Assembly: GCA_039811685.1 (NCBI GenBank)
Contig: JBDHZC010000007.1
Span: 96,001 to 160,000, forward strand
DNA length: 64,000 bases
Direction of reading: 5' to 3'
Source: Armatimonadota bacterium
GTDB taxonomy: Bacteria > Armatimonadota > UBA5829 > DSUL01
This document shows, one piece after another, positions 30,800 through 39,799 of the stretch. The notes beneath the pieces were generated by a model, which was not told where the DNA came from, did no database searches, and saw only the letters and a list, made by a program, of their open reading frames with translations. The translations under genes were made by a program, and so were the position numbers. Each line of letters begins with the position of its first letter. Within the stretch, counting starts at the first letter, position 1.

Positions 30800-31445
30800 T
30801 GTGGAGCTCCGCGAGATCAGAAAAGACGCAGTCCGGGCCGACGGGATCGAAGTGGCCGGCAGGATTTCTATACAGCAGTGCAATAGAGCGCAGACCGGCC
30901 GCTTTACCGGCCTCTATATCCATAAAATGGTCCCCAATCATCAGGGCACTCGAGGCCGGCCGGTCAAGTTGCGCCAGCGCGTTTGTCAGATGGAGCGGGT
31001 CAGGTTTGACACGCGGAGTGTCCTCCCGCGCCAGCGTTGCGGAAAATACGTCGGGAAGCAGAGTCAGAAGGTGGTCAGTGGCTCTTCGGCAGTTGCGCGT
31101 AACAATTCCCAGACGCCACCCGCGCGACGCCATGTCCAGCAGCAACTCCGGCGCGTGAGGCTTCACCCGTGCCGTCCAGGCATGCTTCATCTCGATGTCT
31201 TCCAGTAGATCCCACGCATCCTTGACATACAGGTTGCCAGAACACGGAAGTTGCCTGCTGGCCTGGTCAACGATGGACAGTATGTCAAAGTCTTCAATAT
31301 TAGCTGTGGACGCTCCCGCTTGTTGGGCGTGGTGGAGCACGGCGCGTTTCATTGCGGGGAAATTGATGTTCGTGTCGACAAGTGTGCCGTCCAGATCGAA
31401 CAGGACGGCCTCCACACCCGTGAAGATAGCCTCCGGAGCACGCAC
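30774..31445 (-). CDS. HAD family hydrolase (phosphoglycolate phosphatase-like)
   Basis: FDLDGTLVDT, VTRN, KPDP and IGD..MD motifs. Confidence 0.9.
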   Translation of the reverse strand: MRAPEAIFTGVEAVLFDLDGTLVDTNINFPAMKRAVLHHAQQAGASTANIEDFDILSIVDQASRQLPCSGNLYVKDAWDLLEDIEMKHAWTARVKPHAPELLLDMASRGWRLGIVTRNCRRATDHLLTLLPDVFSATLAREDTPRVKPDPLHLTNALAQLDRPASSALMIGDHFMDIEAGKAAGLRSIALLYRNPAGHFDPVGPDCVFSDLAELHSALLDAHR

Positions 31446-32136
31446 ATTTCAGATGATAGCGGCAGGCGAAGCAGGCGTCAACGCATCTGAAGCAACTCAC
31501 TCGACGCAGCGCGATCACAGCATGCCAGTTGTGTCGAACGACCGCGCACGCAAGGCTCTCACGAATGCGGAAGACGATAGGCGCTCAAATATCGTCAGAG
31601 TGCGCTGAAAAAGAGCGCTCCAGCGGGGATTTCGGGCATTCGCTCTTGAGCTCGTCCAGACAAACAATGCTGTTAGGGTCCCAGGTGAGTTGTGGCACAA
31701 ACCTTGTGAGAACACAGGACGGGAACGCGTTGGTGGCTTTGGGTCTCTGGTTCTTGCAGACAGAATTATTCCGGCTCCGGTGCCGGAGACAGTCTGCGGG
31801 GTAGTCTCATTTAGACTGTCTCGCTCGGGCGCCGTGCTCGCCAACCTCCTCCCACGGCGCCCATTTTCGTACCTCCTCAACGCTCGCCATCACCGGTAAT
31901 CCTACCATCAGCAAAATTGTTGAGCATTTTCTTCCAAAATCATAAGTTTGAGAGATTCCTGTGGAACAAAAACATTGTGAAAAGCCAGCGGCCTGCCAGG
32001 TACGCTGGAGTAGCCAGACGATGTCTCTATCTTTTCACGGATAGCAGCCAGGCCGGCTACCACTACAAGACAACTGAAAAACCCGGCATGAAGCCGGGTA
32101 ATTGGACAGGGGCGAATATTCAAGGAGGATACAAGA

Positions 32137-33561
32137 ATGTCGCTTCGCATTAATCTGAACAGTGCCGCGCTCATTGGGCACAGGTCGCTTGCCACTAACG
32201 ATGACATGCTGAGTCGCTCAATCGAGCGCCTTTCCACCGGTTACAAGATCAACCGGGCATCAGATGGTCCGGCTGGTCTGGCGATTTCGGAGTCCTTGAG
32301 AGCTCAGATCGGCGGCTTGAAGCAGGCTATCTCGAACACACAGGATGCGGTCAACATGGTAAAGACCGCTGAAGGCGCTCTCGCTGAAGTGCACAGCCTT
32401 CTCCGATCAATGCGCGACCTGGCTGTTCATGCTCTGAACACCGGGGCCGTGGACGATACACAGTTGGCTGCTGACCAGTCGCAGATCACCTCTGCCATCG
32501 ACGCCCTGAACCGAATCTCTTCAAACACGGCGTTTGGCGGAAAGAAGCTGCTGGATGGCACCGCTGGTGTGGCCGGGCAGGTGACGACCAATCCATCGAA
32601 TGGCGCCTTCATTTCGGGAGGCACCGCCACCAAGGCAGGAACCTACACTGTCACGATCAACACAGCGGCTACGAAAGCGACCTATGCCGGAACTGGTGGC
32701 GCCTACGCCGCCCAGACTGGCACCGTCACTATCAACAACGTCGCCATCGCTCTGAACAGTGCGGTCGAGACCACCGCTGCGCTGGCTGTGCAGAAGATTA
32801 ACCTGTACAGTGAGCAAACGGGCGTTACGGCATCAGTTGGCGCTAACGGAGTTGAGTTGACGCAGAACAGCTACGGTGCTGGCAGCTCCATCAGCCTGAG
32901 CTTTGGTGGCTCAGTGACAGCAACAACACTGATGGGGACTGGTTCTACGCTCACTGCAGGTGTCAATGCCAACATCACGGTGACGGGTGGAACAGTCAAC
33001 GCGACCAACGTCAACGGCAGTGGCCGGCTTGTCTCCGGAGCTGCCTTCGCTGGCACGGATCTTGATGGCGCCGTCATCAGCGCAAACGGTCTGGCCGCCT
33101 CCACCTTCGACATAGTGGTCACGCAGGGCTCGCTGCAGTTCCAGGTAGGATCCGAAGTGGGGCAGACGGCAAGCGTCGCTTTGAACAGCACCCATTCGTC
33201 CAAGCTGGGTATCGCGGCAAGCGGGTTGGAGACGTCGGCCACGAGTGTCGCCGACATTGACGTGACGACGCTGGCCGGGGCTCGCGACGCTCTCAGACTG
33301 ATTGACGCTTCGATCAATCAGGTATCAACTGTTCGCTCAGATCTGGGAGCCGCGCAGAAGAACGTGTTTGAGAGCGCAATCAACAGCCTGACTGTCGCTT
33401 CGGAGAACATTGCTGCATCCGAAAGCGCCATCCGAGATACCGATATGGCGGCCGAAATGGCCGAGTTCTCGAAGAGCCAGATACTGATGCAGTCGAGCGT
33501 GGCAATGCTTGTCCAAGCCAACTCTGCCCCTCAGCAGCTCGTGCAGTTGCTGAGAGGATAA
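32137..33561 (+). CDS. fliC: Flagellin
   Basis: RIN.N, ERLSTGYKINRASD.PAGLAISE, FQVG and ASESAIRDTDMAAEM motifs; AAGGAGG RBS. Confidence 0.97.
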   Translation: MSLRINLNSAALIGHRSLATNDDMLSRSIERLSTGYKINRASDGPAGLAISESLRAQIGGLKQAISNTQDAVNMVKTAEGALAEVHSLLRSMRDLAVHALNTGAVDDTQLAADQSQITSAIDALNRISSNTAFGGKKLLDGTAGVAGQVTTNPSNGAFISGGTATKAGTYTVTINTAATKATYAGTGGAYAAQTGTVTINNVAIALNSAVETTAALAVQKINLYSEQTGVTASVGANGVELTQNSYGAGSSISLSFGGSVTATTLMGTGSTLTAGVNANITVTGGTVNATNVNGSGRLVSGAAFAGTDLDGAVISANGLAASTFDIVVTQGSLQFQVGSEVGQTASVALNSTHSSKLGIAASGLETSATSVADIDVTTLAGARDALRLIDASINQVSTVRSDLGAAQKNVFESAINSLTVASENIAASESAIRDTDMAAEMAEFSKSQILMQSSVAMLVQANSAPQQLVQLLRG

Positions 33562-33569
33562 CTACTGGC

Positions 33570-33670
33570 TTCGCTCTCATACAGCGGTAGAGCGAAATCG
33601 TTCCGAAGTATTTCGGAACGGTAACGACTGGCAAGTGGGAGTCCGTTCCTTCCCGGGGCGGGCTCCCACT
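33570..33670 (+). repeat. Three tandem inverted repeats after fliC
   Basis: TTCGCTCT/AGAGCGAA (33570-33596), CGTTCCGAA/TTCGGAACG (33599-33620) and AGTGGGAGTCCG/CGGGCTCCCACT (33634-33670). Confidence 0.75.
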
Positions 33671-33791
33671 ATTCCTGACACAACCTTAGCGGCCGAATCG
33701 CAGCAGTCGCCACCTGACCGGCGCCGGACTGCGCCAAGGAGCCACAGTCTCCGGGCCGTCCTATCAATTTTCTCTGAGAGAGAACACAGCC

Positions 33792-35780
33792 ATGCCCGCT
33801 CTACAGAGCATAAGCGGCCTGATATCAGGCCTCCAGACGGACGATATCATTCAGAAGCTGATCGACTTCAAGAAACGGCCGATCCAGCTTCTGAATAATC
33901 AGAAGACTCAGCTTACTGATAAACTTGCGGCCTGGCAAAGCCTCAACGCGCGGCTTCTGGCGGTCAAGCTCAGGGCCGCAGACCTCACCACCGCCTCCAC
34001 CTTTGGTTCCAAGTCGGCTGTGTCATCAGACGAATCGGTCGCCACCGTCAGCGCCTCGAGCGCAGCGACGCAGGGTTCCTACACCCTGAAGGTACTCAGC
34101 CTTGCCAAAGCACAGCAGTTGGGATCTGCTCAGAACTACGAAAGCCCTACAAACAGCAGTGTAGGCAATGGCACGATCACTATTCACAACACTTCGAGTA
34201 ATCAGGCCTGGTCCATAACTATACCAGAAGGCGCTGACTCACTTGAAGCGGTGCGCGATGCGATAAACGCATCCGGCTCCGACGCCATCGCCAACATTGT
34301 CAGCGACGGATCAGCCAGCCCGTACCGCCTGGTGCTCACGAGCCGCAAGACCGGCAGCGCCGGAGCTCTCAGCGTGACAACCTCACTCACAGGTGGCGCC
34401 GGGCTTTCCTTCGACGGGCCCTCATCCGTTATTTCACCCGCCGATGACGCTCAGGTGCAGTTGGGCAGCGGCGCGACTCCTATCGTTGTCACCAGCAGCT
34501 CAAATACGATTACAACTCTGATTCCGGGGGTTACACTGACTCTGAACTCCGCCGCGCCAGATCGATCCATTTCGGTCAACGTGGGCAGTGACACTCAGGG
34601 CATCACAAAGAAAATCCAGGACTTTGTCTCCGCTTACAACGACTATGTGAGCTTTGCTCGCGACGCAGCCAGATACGACCCTGAGACGCAGCAAAGCGGT
34701 CCGCTCATCGGAGACTTCACCCTGCAGACACTCCAGTCCAACATAAGTGGACACTTGAACCGCGGAGTCTCTGGCCTGTCAGGCGCGGTGGCGGCTTTGT
34801 CCAGTCTTGGAGTCCGCCTGACCCAGGACGGGACGCTGAGCATTGACTCAGCCACACTTCAGGAGCAGCTTTCGACCAATCTGGCCCAGGCATCGCGTGT
34901 TATGGCGCGTTCAGGCGCAGCTACGGACGCAGGTATTGTTTTTCTAAATGCCACGGGGGCGACCCGGGAATCAACCGGCGCGGGGTACTCGATCGACATC
35001 ACGCAGGTTGCTACGCAGGCGCGTGTGACAGCGGGAGTCGCAATGAGCGCGCCGCTTGCCCAGGAAGAAACGCTCACGATCAACGGCGCCCAGGTGACAC
35101 TCAGCGCGGGCTCTGACCTTGCCACAGTAGTGTCCGCGATTAACGCAATCTCCAGCCGCACCGGAGTGACCGTAGCCGCAACGCAGGCGGATGGCTCCGG
35201 TACTGGATCCTATCTGACCTTCCGAAGCAACAGCTACGGATCGAGTGTGCACGTGAGCATCCTCAGCACTGTGAGCAGTGGCGTTGCAGGCTCGAGTGGT
35301 GTGGGAAACGTCCAGGCAACTGACACTTCCGCACAGGGTGAGAACGGAACCGGGACGGGCGCCGCTGGAGTGGACGTAGCCGGCCTCATCAATGGCGAGC
35401 TCGCGACCGGAAACGGAAAGATTCTCACCAGCGCCTCATCCAACCCGACGACCGGAGGACTCTCCGTTCTCGTCAACTCGACGACAACCGGCAGCAAGGG
35501 CTTTGTCACCTATTCACGCGGAGTGGCTGCCGCCATCAACGATGTTCTCGCCAGCCTGACTGACATCTCCACCGGGGCAGTGACCACCACACAGAAGGGA
35601 TTGCAGGATCAGATTACGTCTCTGGACGACCAGATGGCGAGCTTGAACACCCGCCTCTCACAGGAAGAGGAGCGCATTCGAACCCAGTTCGCCGCTCTGG
35701 AAAGCACGCTGAGCACCATCCAAAGCCAGGGACAGTACCTGAGCGCTCAGTTCGCGGCGCTTAGCGGACAAAAGAAGTAG
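33792..35780 (+). CDS. fliD: Flagellar filament capping protein
   Basis: GLISGL.T..II.KL, RLVLTS..TG, SSNTI..LIPGVTLTL, FVSAYN and QF.ALE motifs. Confidence 0.95.
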   Translation: MPALQSISGLISGLQTDDIIQKLIDFKKRPIQLLNNQKTQLTDKLAAWQSLNARLLAVKLRAADLTTASTFGSKSAVSSDESVATVSASSAATQGSYTLKVLSLAKAQQLGSAQNYESPTNSSVGNGTITIHNTSSNQAWSITIPEGADSLEAVRDAINASGSDAIANIVSDGSASPYRLVLTSRKTGSAGALSVTTSLTGGAGLSFDGPSSVISPADDAQVQLGSGATPIVVTSSSNTITTLIPGVTLTLNSAAPDRSISVNVGSDTQGITKKIQDFVSAYNDYVSFARDAARYDPETQQSGPLIGDFTLQTLQSNISGHLNRGVSGLSGAVAALSSLGVRLTQDGTLSIDSATLQEQLSTNLAQASRVMARSGAATDAGIVFLNATGATRESTGAGYSIDITQVATQARVTAGVAMSAPLAQEETLTINGAQVTLSAGSDLATVVSAINAISSRTGVTVAATQADGSGTGSYLTFRSNSYGSSVHVSILSTVSSGVAGSSGVGNVQATDTSAQGENGTGTGAAGVDVAGLINGELATGNGKILTSASSNPTTGGLSVLVNSTTTGSKGFVTYSRGVAAAINDVLASLTDISTGAVTTTQKGLQDQITSLDDQMASLNTRLSQEEERIRTQFAALESTLSTIQSQGQYLSAQFAALSGQKK

Positions 35781-35801
35781 CATTGTGAGGATGAAGGGTT
35801 G

Positions 35802-36218
35802 ATGAACTCCAGCGGGTATCAGCAGTACACGGCCAACGACGCAGCCACAGCGAGTCCAGAGCGATTGCTGGTACGGGCGTATGACGGCATGGTGCGCTTT
35901 CTCGGGTTGGCTGAGGAAGCCATTCTGCAGCACGATTACAACCTGCAGAACCACTATATCCAGAGAACGCAGTCCATCCTCGGGGTGCTCAGCGCCAATC
36001 TCGAAAGCGCGCACAACGAAGCGCTAGGCGCGTCACTGAGCTCGTTGTATGAGTGGTTCAGTCTGCGCTTGATTGAGGCAAACCTCAAAGGCGACGCGGA
36101 AGCCGTTGGTGATGTGCGACTGCGAATTGCCGATTTGCGTGATGCATGGAGTCAGGCTGCGCAGCAAATGCACCTGTCGCACTCTGGCGGTGAAGCCGGC
36201 ATCGAAGAGGCGGCCTGA
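35802..36218 (+). CDS. fliS: Flagellar chaperone FliS
   Basis: TASPERLL...YDG..RF, L..LYE.F..RL..AN and LRDAW motifs. Confidence 0.92.
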   Translation: MNSSGYQQYTANDAATASPERLLVRAYDGMVRFLGLAEEAILQHDYNLQNHYIQRTQSILGVLSANLESAHNEALGASLSSLYEWFSLRLIEANLKGDAEAVGDVRLRIADLRDAWSQAAQQMHLSHSGGEAGIEEAA

Positions 36219-36219
36219 A

Positions 36220-36666
36220 ATGAGCCCGGAGACTTCCCGGACCCAGGCCATGGCCACGCTGTCCAGCCTCAGAGATGGCCTGCGCCAGTGGGCCCAGATA
36301 TCGAAAGCTCAGGAGCAGGCTGTCGCAGAGGGCAGAATCGAGGAGATGAGCAGCCTGGTGGCCCAACGCGGTGCGCTGATGACAACGTTGGAGGCGCTTT
36401 TTTCTGAGGTCGCAGAAATCAAACGAACCGCCGAAGCCGACGCATCCAACCCCGAATGGTCAATGGCTGTTGCGATGCAGATGACTGAGGTGTTTGCGCT
36501 CGGTACAGAATCAGCCAGGGCCGATGAACGCACTGCGAGATTGGTGGCACAACGCCTGCACAGTCTGAGCTCTGAGATGCAGACTTTGCAGCATGGCCGC
36601 CTGAGACGCCTCGCCTACGACGTTTCTCCGCCTTCAAGCGCGCGATTTCTCGACCGCAACCTTTGA
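36220..36666 (+). CDS. FliT/FlgN-like helical flagellar chaperone
   Basis: Follows fliS; all-helical, with Q..AV..G.IE....L..QR and a C-terminal AY...FLD. Confidence 0.55.
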   Translation: MSPETSRTQAMATLSSLRDGLRQWAQISKAQEQAVAEGRIEEMSSLVAQRGALMTTLEALFSEVAEIKRTAEADASNPEWSMAVAMQMTEVFALGTESARADERTARLVAQRLHSLSSEMQTLQHGRLRRLAYDVSPPSSARFLDRNL

Positions 36667-36685
36667 GAATCTCCGCCGCTCGCCT

Positions 36686-36713
36686 GCAACTCCACAGCCT
36701 TACCAGCCGATAA
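36686..36713 (+). promoter_or_regulatory. Putative sigma28 promoter
   Basis: Perfect -10 GCCGATAA at 36706-36713; weak -35 (GCAA, N16). Confidence 0.45.
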
Positions 36714-36724
36714 TACGGCTGACA

Positions 36725-37861
36725 ATGCCTGCACGTCGCACACTCTACTGCCTCCTGCGCGCCTCGCATCTCTTGGCTATCTGCTGGATGCTTGGCGTTT
36801 CAGTCACGGCTTCACACGCCGCGACAGCGGCAGGACCGTACGATCAGTTGATGGCCAGGCTCGCAGAGCAGAAGCAGACAGGCCGTCTCCGCGTGACAGA
36901 AGTGGGCCGATCGGGCAACGGGCGTGTCATCCCTCTGGTCGCCATCCGGCCGATAGCCACGAGAGCGCTGCCCCGCACACGAATCCTGATTATCTGCGCG
37001 CAGCACGGTGATGAACCAGCAAGCGCCCACGCAGCATTGGAGTTGATCCAACGAAGCGCCGCAAACGACAAACCAGAGGCTCTTCTCAGTCCACACACGC
37101 GACACCTCCTCGGCGGTAAGCTGGCAGGACTTAAAGATGTACTGTGGCTCATCGTACCTGTTGCCAACCCGGATGGCTACAATGCCGGTAAGCGTCTCAA
37201 CGGAGCCGGCCAGGACCTGAATCGCGACTGGCAGCGCGCCACTCAGCCAGAAACCCGCGCAGTGCGCGGGGTGTTCGATACGTGGAAGCCGAACCTGGTC
37301 CTGGACCTGCACCAGTGGAGTCCGGACGACCCGCCACCTGCGGACAACGGACTGGAAATGGTTCTGCGGCCGGAATCGCCCGTGCAGCAGCGTCTGGAGC
37401 GCCATATCGCGGTGTCCGCCTTGCGCGCAGTAACCTCGACTGATCGCCGAGCGTCGCTGGTGACAGCGAGTCCACGCTCAACGCCCACCCTCGCCCATCG
37501 GTACTTCGCCGCGCAGGGAGTGGCGGCCTTTCTGATTGAGACCGCCGCTCGCGACACCCAGGCCCAACGCAAGGCCCTTCTCACAGACATGATTCTTGTG
37601 CTCAGCAACGTCTGCGCCTCTGTGCCCGCAGACACCAGAGCCGCCGCATTTCGCAACAGCGGCGAGTTCATCTACCCGCGGGAGTTTGCATCCTGGCTGC
37701 GAGGTCAACAGCCCACTCAGCCAGGCCGCGATACCGGGCGAACACTTGTGGCGGCCGGAGTTGCCGCCGGATTCTGGGCGCTGCTGAGCGCCCTGCACCT
37801 GAAGAGCCGGCCGACATTTCTGGCAACGTCGGACGAAATCCTCAGCGAAGGCCAGACCTAA
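36725..37861 (+). CDS. M14 zinc carboxypeptidase with signal peptide and C-terminal membrane anchor
   Basis: QHGDE, VANPDG, R.N..G.DLNRD, QPETRA, DLH and IET motifs. Confidence 0.85.
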   Translation: MPARRTLYCLLRASHLLAICWMLGVSVTASHAATAAGPYDQLMARLAEQKQTGRLRVTEVGRSGNGRVIPLVAIRPIATRALPRTRILIICAQHGDEPASAHAALELIQRSAANDKPEALLSPHTRHLLGGKLAGLKDVLWLIVPVANPDGYNAGKRLNGAGQDLNRDWQRATQPETRAVRGVFDTWKPNLVLDLHQWSPDDPPPADNGLEMVLRPESPVQQRLERHIAVSALRAVTSTDRRASLVTASPRSTPTLAHRYFAAQGVAAFLIETAARDTQAQRKALLTDMILVLSNVCASVPADTRAAAFRNSGEFIYPREFASWLRGQQPTQPGRDTGRTLVAAGVAAGFWALLSALHLKSRPTFLATSDEILSEGQT

Positions 37862-38047
37862 GGCATACATTTGTCCGGCGGTTCAGGCAGGTTCCAGGAC
37901 CTGTTTCGTAGAACCCTTCGTGAACACGCCAGTAGCCCGCAGCTACGCGCATCCGCTATAATATGCCGCGCTTGCGGTGGAGGCGCGCGTGGCACGGCTC
38001 GGAGAACCCATTGTGGTCTGTCAGCGTCTAAGTATCAGGAATTGTTA

Positions 38048-39781
38048 ATGAGCTTGGTAAAATCCTTGAAATTTCTCTTTTTCACGGGCATGCTTCTGGC
38101 CGGTGCTTCCTGCGTGTCCGCTGAAGACTGGACGCTGCCCCGGGGCGGAGTCGAGCTGACTAACTCGACAGACGAAAACCTGATACTGCCGGTATCGGTA
38201 GCCTGGCAGTTCAACACATCGCCATATGTCGGCAATACGTCTCAGCCGGTTGCGGTCGGAAATACTGTGGTGTTTGCGGTGGCGGATCGAATCTTCGCTG
38301 TTGACACCCAGACCGGAGCTTTTCGCTGGGCGTATCCGGCGCAAGACCCACTGGGGAGCCAGGTCAAGACCAGCCTCGCCTACGACAGAGGCAACGTGTA
38401 TTTTGGTCTGAACGACGGCACGCTCTACTGTATATCCTCGGAAGATGGCCACCTGCGCTGGTCGTACAGCACGCAGTCTCCAATTCGGTCATCCCCGATT
38501 ATCTTTGACGGAGCGATATACTTTGGTTCCGATGACAATATGGTTCACTGCATTGACGCGGAGACCGGTGAACCCAAATACGCCTTCCGGACGCGTGACG
38601 ACGTCACCTCACCGGTAGCCGTCTCCAACAACATGATCTACTTCGTTTCGCGCGACGCTCATTTGTATGTGGCTAACGCCGGAAACGGACACATCAGATA
38701 TTCCTACCGCTTTACCAACCCGACGCTGAATGTCGTTCCGGTCCTGGATCAGGACAGTGTTTACCTGACATCCGGCAATCTGCTGCTGGCGCTCAACTCC
38801 AAGAGCGGGTCACAGCGCTGGGCGCTGAGTTTTCCAACAGAGTTTTCTGCGCCGCCCGCTCTGCACGACAAGACGCTGTTTGTTACCCTTCGCAACCGGA
38901 GACTCTACGCCATCTCGACAAGCGGCAAAGAGGTCTGGCCCGGATCTGTAGACCTCATCTATTCAACGCGCGCGACGCCGCTGGTTGCAGGAAACAGTGT
39001 TGTTGTCGCATCGGATAAGGGGCTTGTGTCCGCGTTTGATACGGAGACCGGCATACTCAAGTGGCGCTATGTCATCGCCCCTAATCAGAGTGGTGAGCAG
39101 AAGATCACCGGGACGAATAACAACATCAATGTATCACCGGTATATGCTAACGGGACGCTGTACACACTGGCGGATGACGGCACGCTGACGGCGTTTCGCA
39201 CGCAGGCTCCCGATCAGACACCGCCTGTGGCGTACAGCCTCACACCCGCTCCGGGCACACGCGTTTCGGGTAGTCCGCCTCTGAAAATGTCGGCAGTAGT
39301 CACAGATGCGGCCACGGGAGTGGATGAGGGTAGCATTTCCCTGAGCCTGAAAGGACCAGGTGGCGCGACTCAGACGCTGGAAGCGGACTATGAACCTGCC
39401 ACTGGCGTGGTTTCCTATGCGACCCCCTACGACAAAACGGCCAAGCCTATGGAAGCCGGGACGTGGGAGTTGACGCTGGTCGCCGGGGACTGGAAAGGCA
39501 ATGAGCTTCGCACGAATTGGAGTTTCATTGTTGACAACTCACTACCGGCGCCCAAGGTCCGAGTAGTGGCGCCGCGTCGGCCGAAGCCCGCACAAACAAA
39601 TGAACCGGCCGCTGACGCAGCAAATCAGACGCTGGATCGTCGGAGTCGGCGTGACGGCGGTCATGATGCCGGCGAATTTGGTGGAGACACGCCACCGCCG
39701 CCACCACCGCCTCCGGGGCCTGAGGGACCGGGAGGAGGGCCGCAGAGCTTTGACGGGCCGGGCGGCCCCCCGCAGTATTAG
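38048..39781 (+). CDS. Secreted PQQ-like (BamB-type) beta-propeller protein with Ig-like domain and Pro/Gly-rich tail
   Basis: Signal peptide; repeated A.D..TG...W.Y and SSP units; C-terminal poly-Pro. Confidence 0.8.
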   Translation: MSLVKSLKFLFFTGMLLAGASCVSAEDWTLPRGGVELTNSTDENLILPVSVAWQFNTSPYVGNTSQPVAVGNTVVFAVADRIFAVDTQTGAFRWAYPAQDPLGSQVKTSLAYDRGNVYFGLNDGTLYCISSEDGHLRWSYSTQSPIRSSPIIFDGAIYFGSDDNMVHCIDAETGEPKYAFRTRDDVTSPVAVSNNMIYFVSRDAHLYVANAGNGHIRYSYRFTNPTLNVVPVLDQDSVYLTSGNLLLALNSKSGSQRWALSFPTEFSAPPALHDKTLFVTLRNRRLYAISTSGKEVWPGSVDLIYSTRATPLVAGNSVVVASDKGLVSAFDTETGILKWRYVIAPNQSGEQKITGTNNNINVSPVYANGTLYTLADDGTLTAFRTQAPDQTPPVAYSLTPAPGTRVSGSPPLKMSAVVTDAATGVDEGSISLSLKGPGGATQTLEADYEPATGVVSYATPYDKTAKPMEAGTWELTLVAGDWKGNELRTNWSFIVDNSLPAPKVRVVAPRRPKPAQTNEPAADAANQTLDRRSRRDGGHDAGEFGGDTPPPPPPPPGPEGPGGGPQSFDGPGGPPQY

Positions 39782-39799
39782 GCTGCTTGCGAAGCTGAA

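Noticed and set aside
31515..31880. 121-aa minus-strand and 91-aa plus-strand ORFs in the HAD/fliC gap
   Set aside because: No RBS, no recognisable domain and atypical composition.
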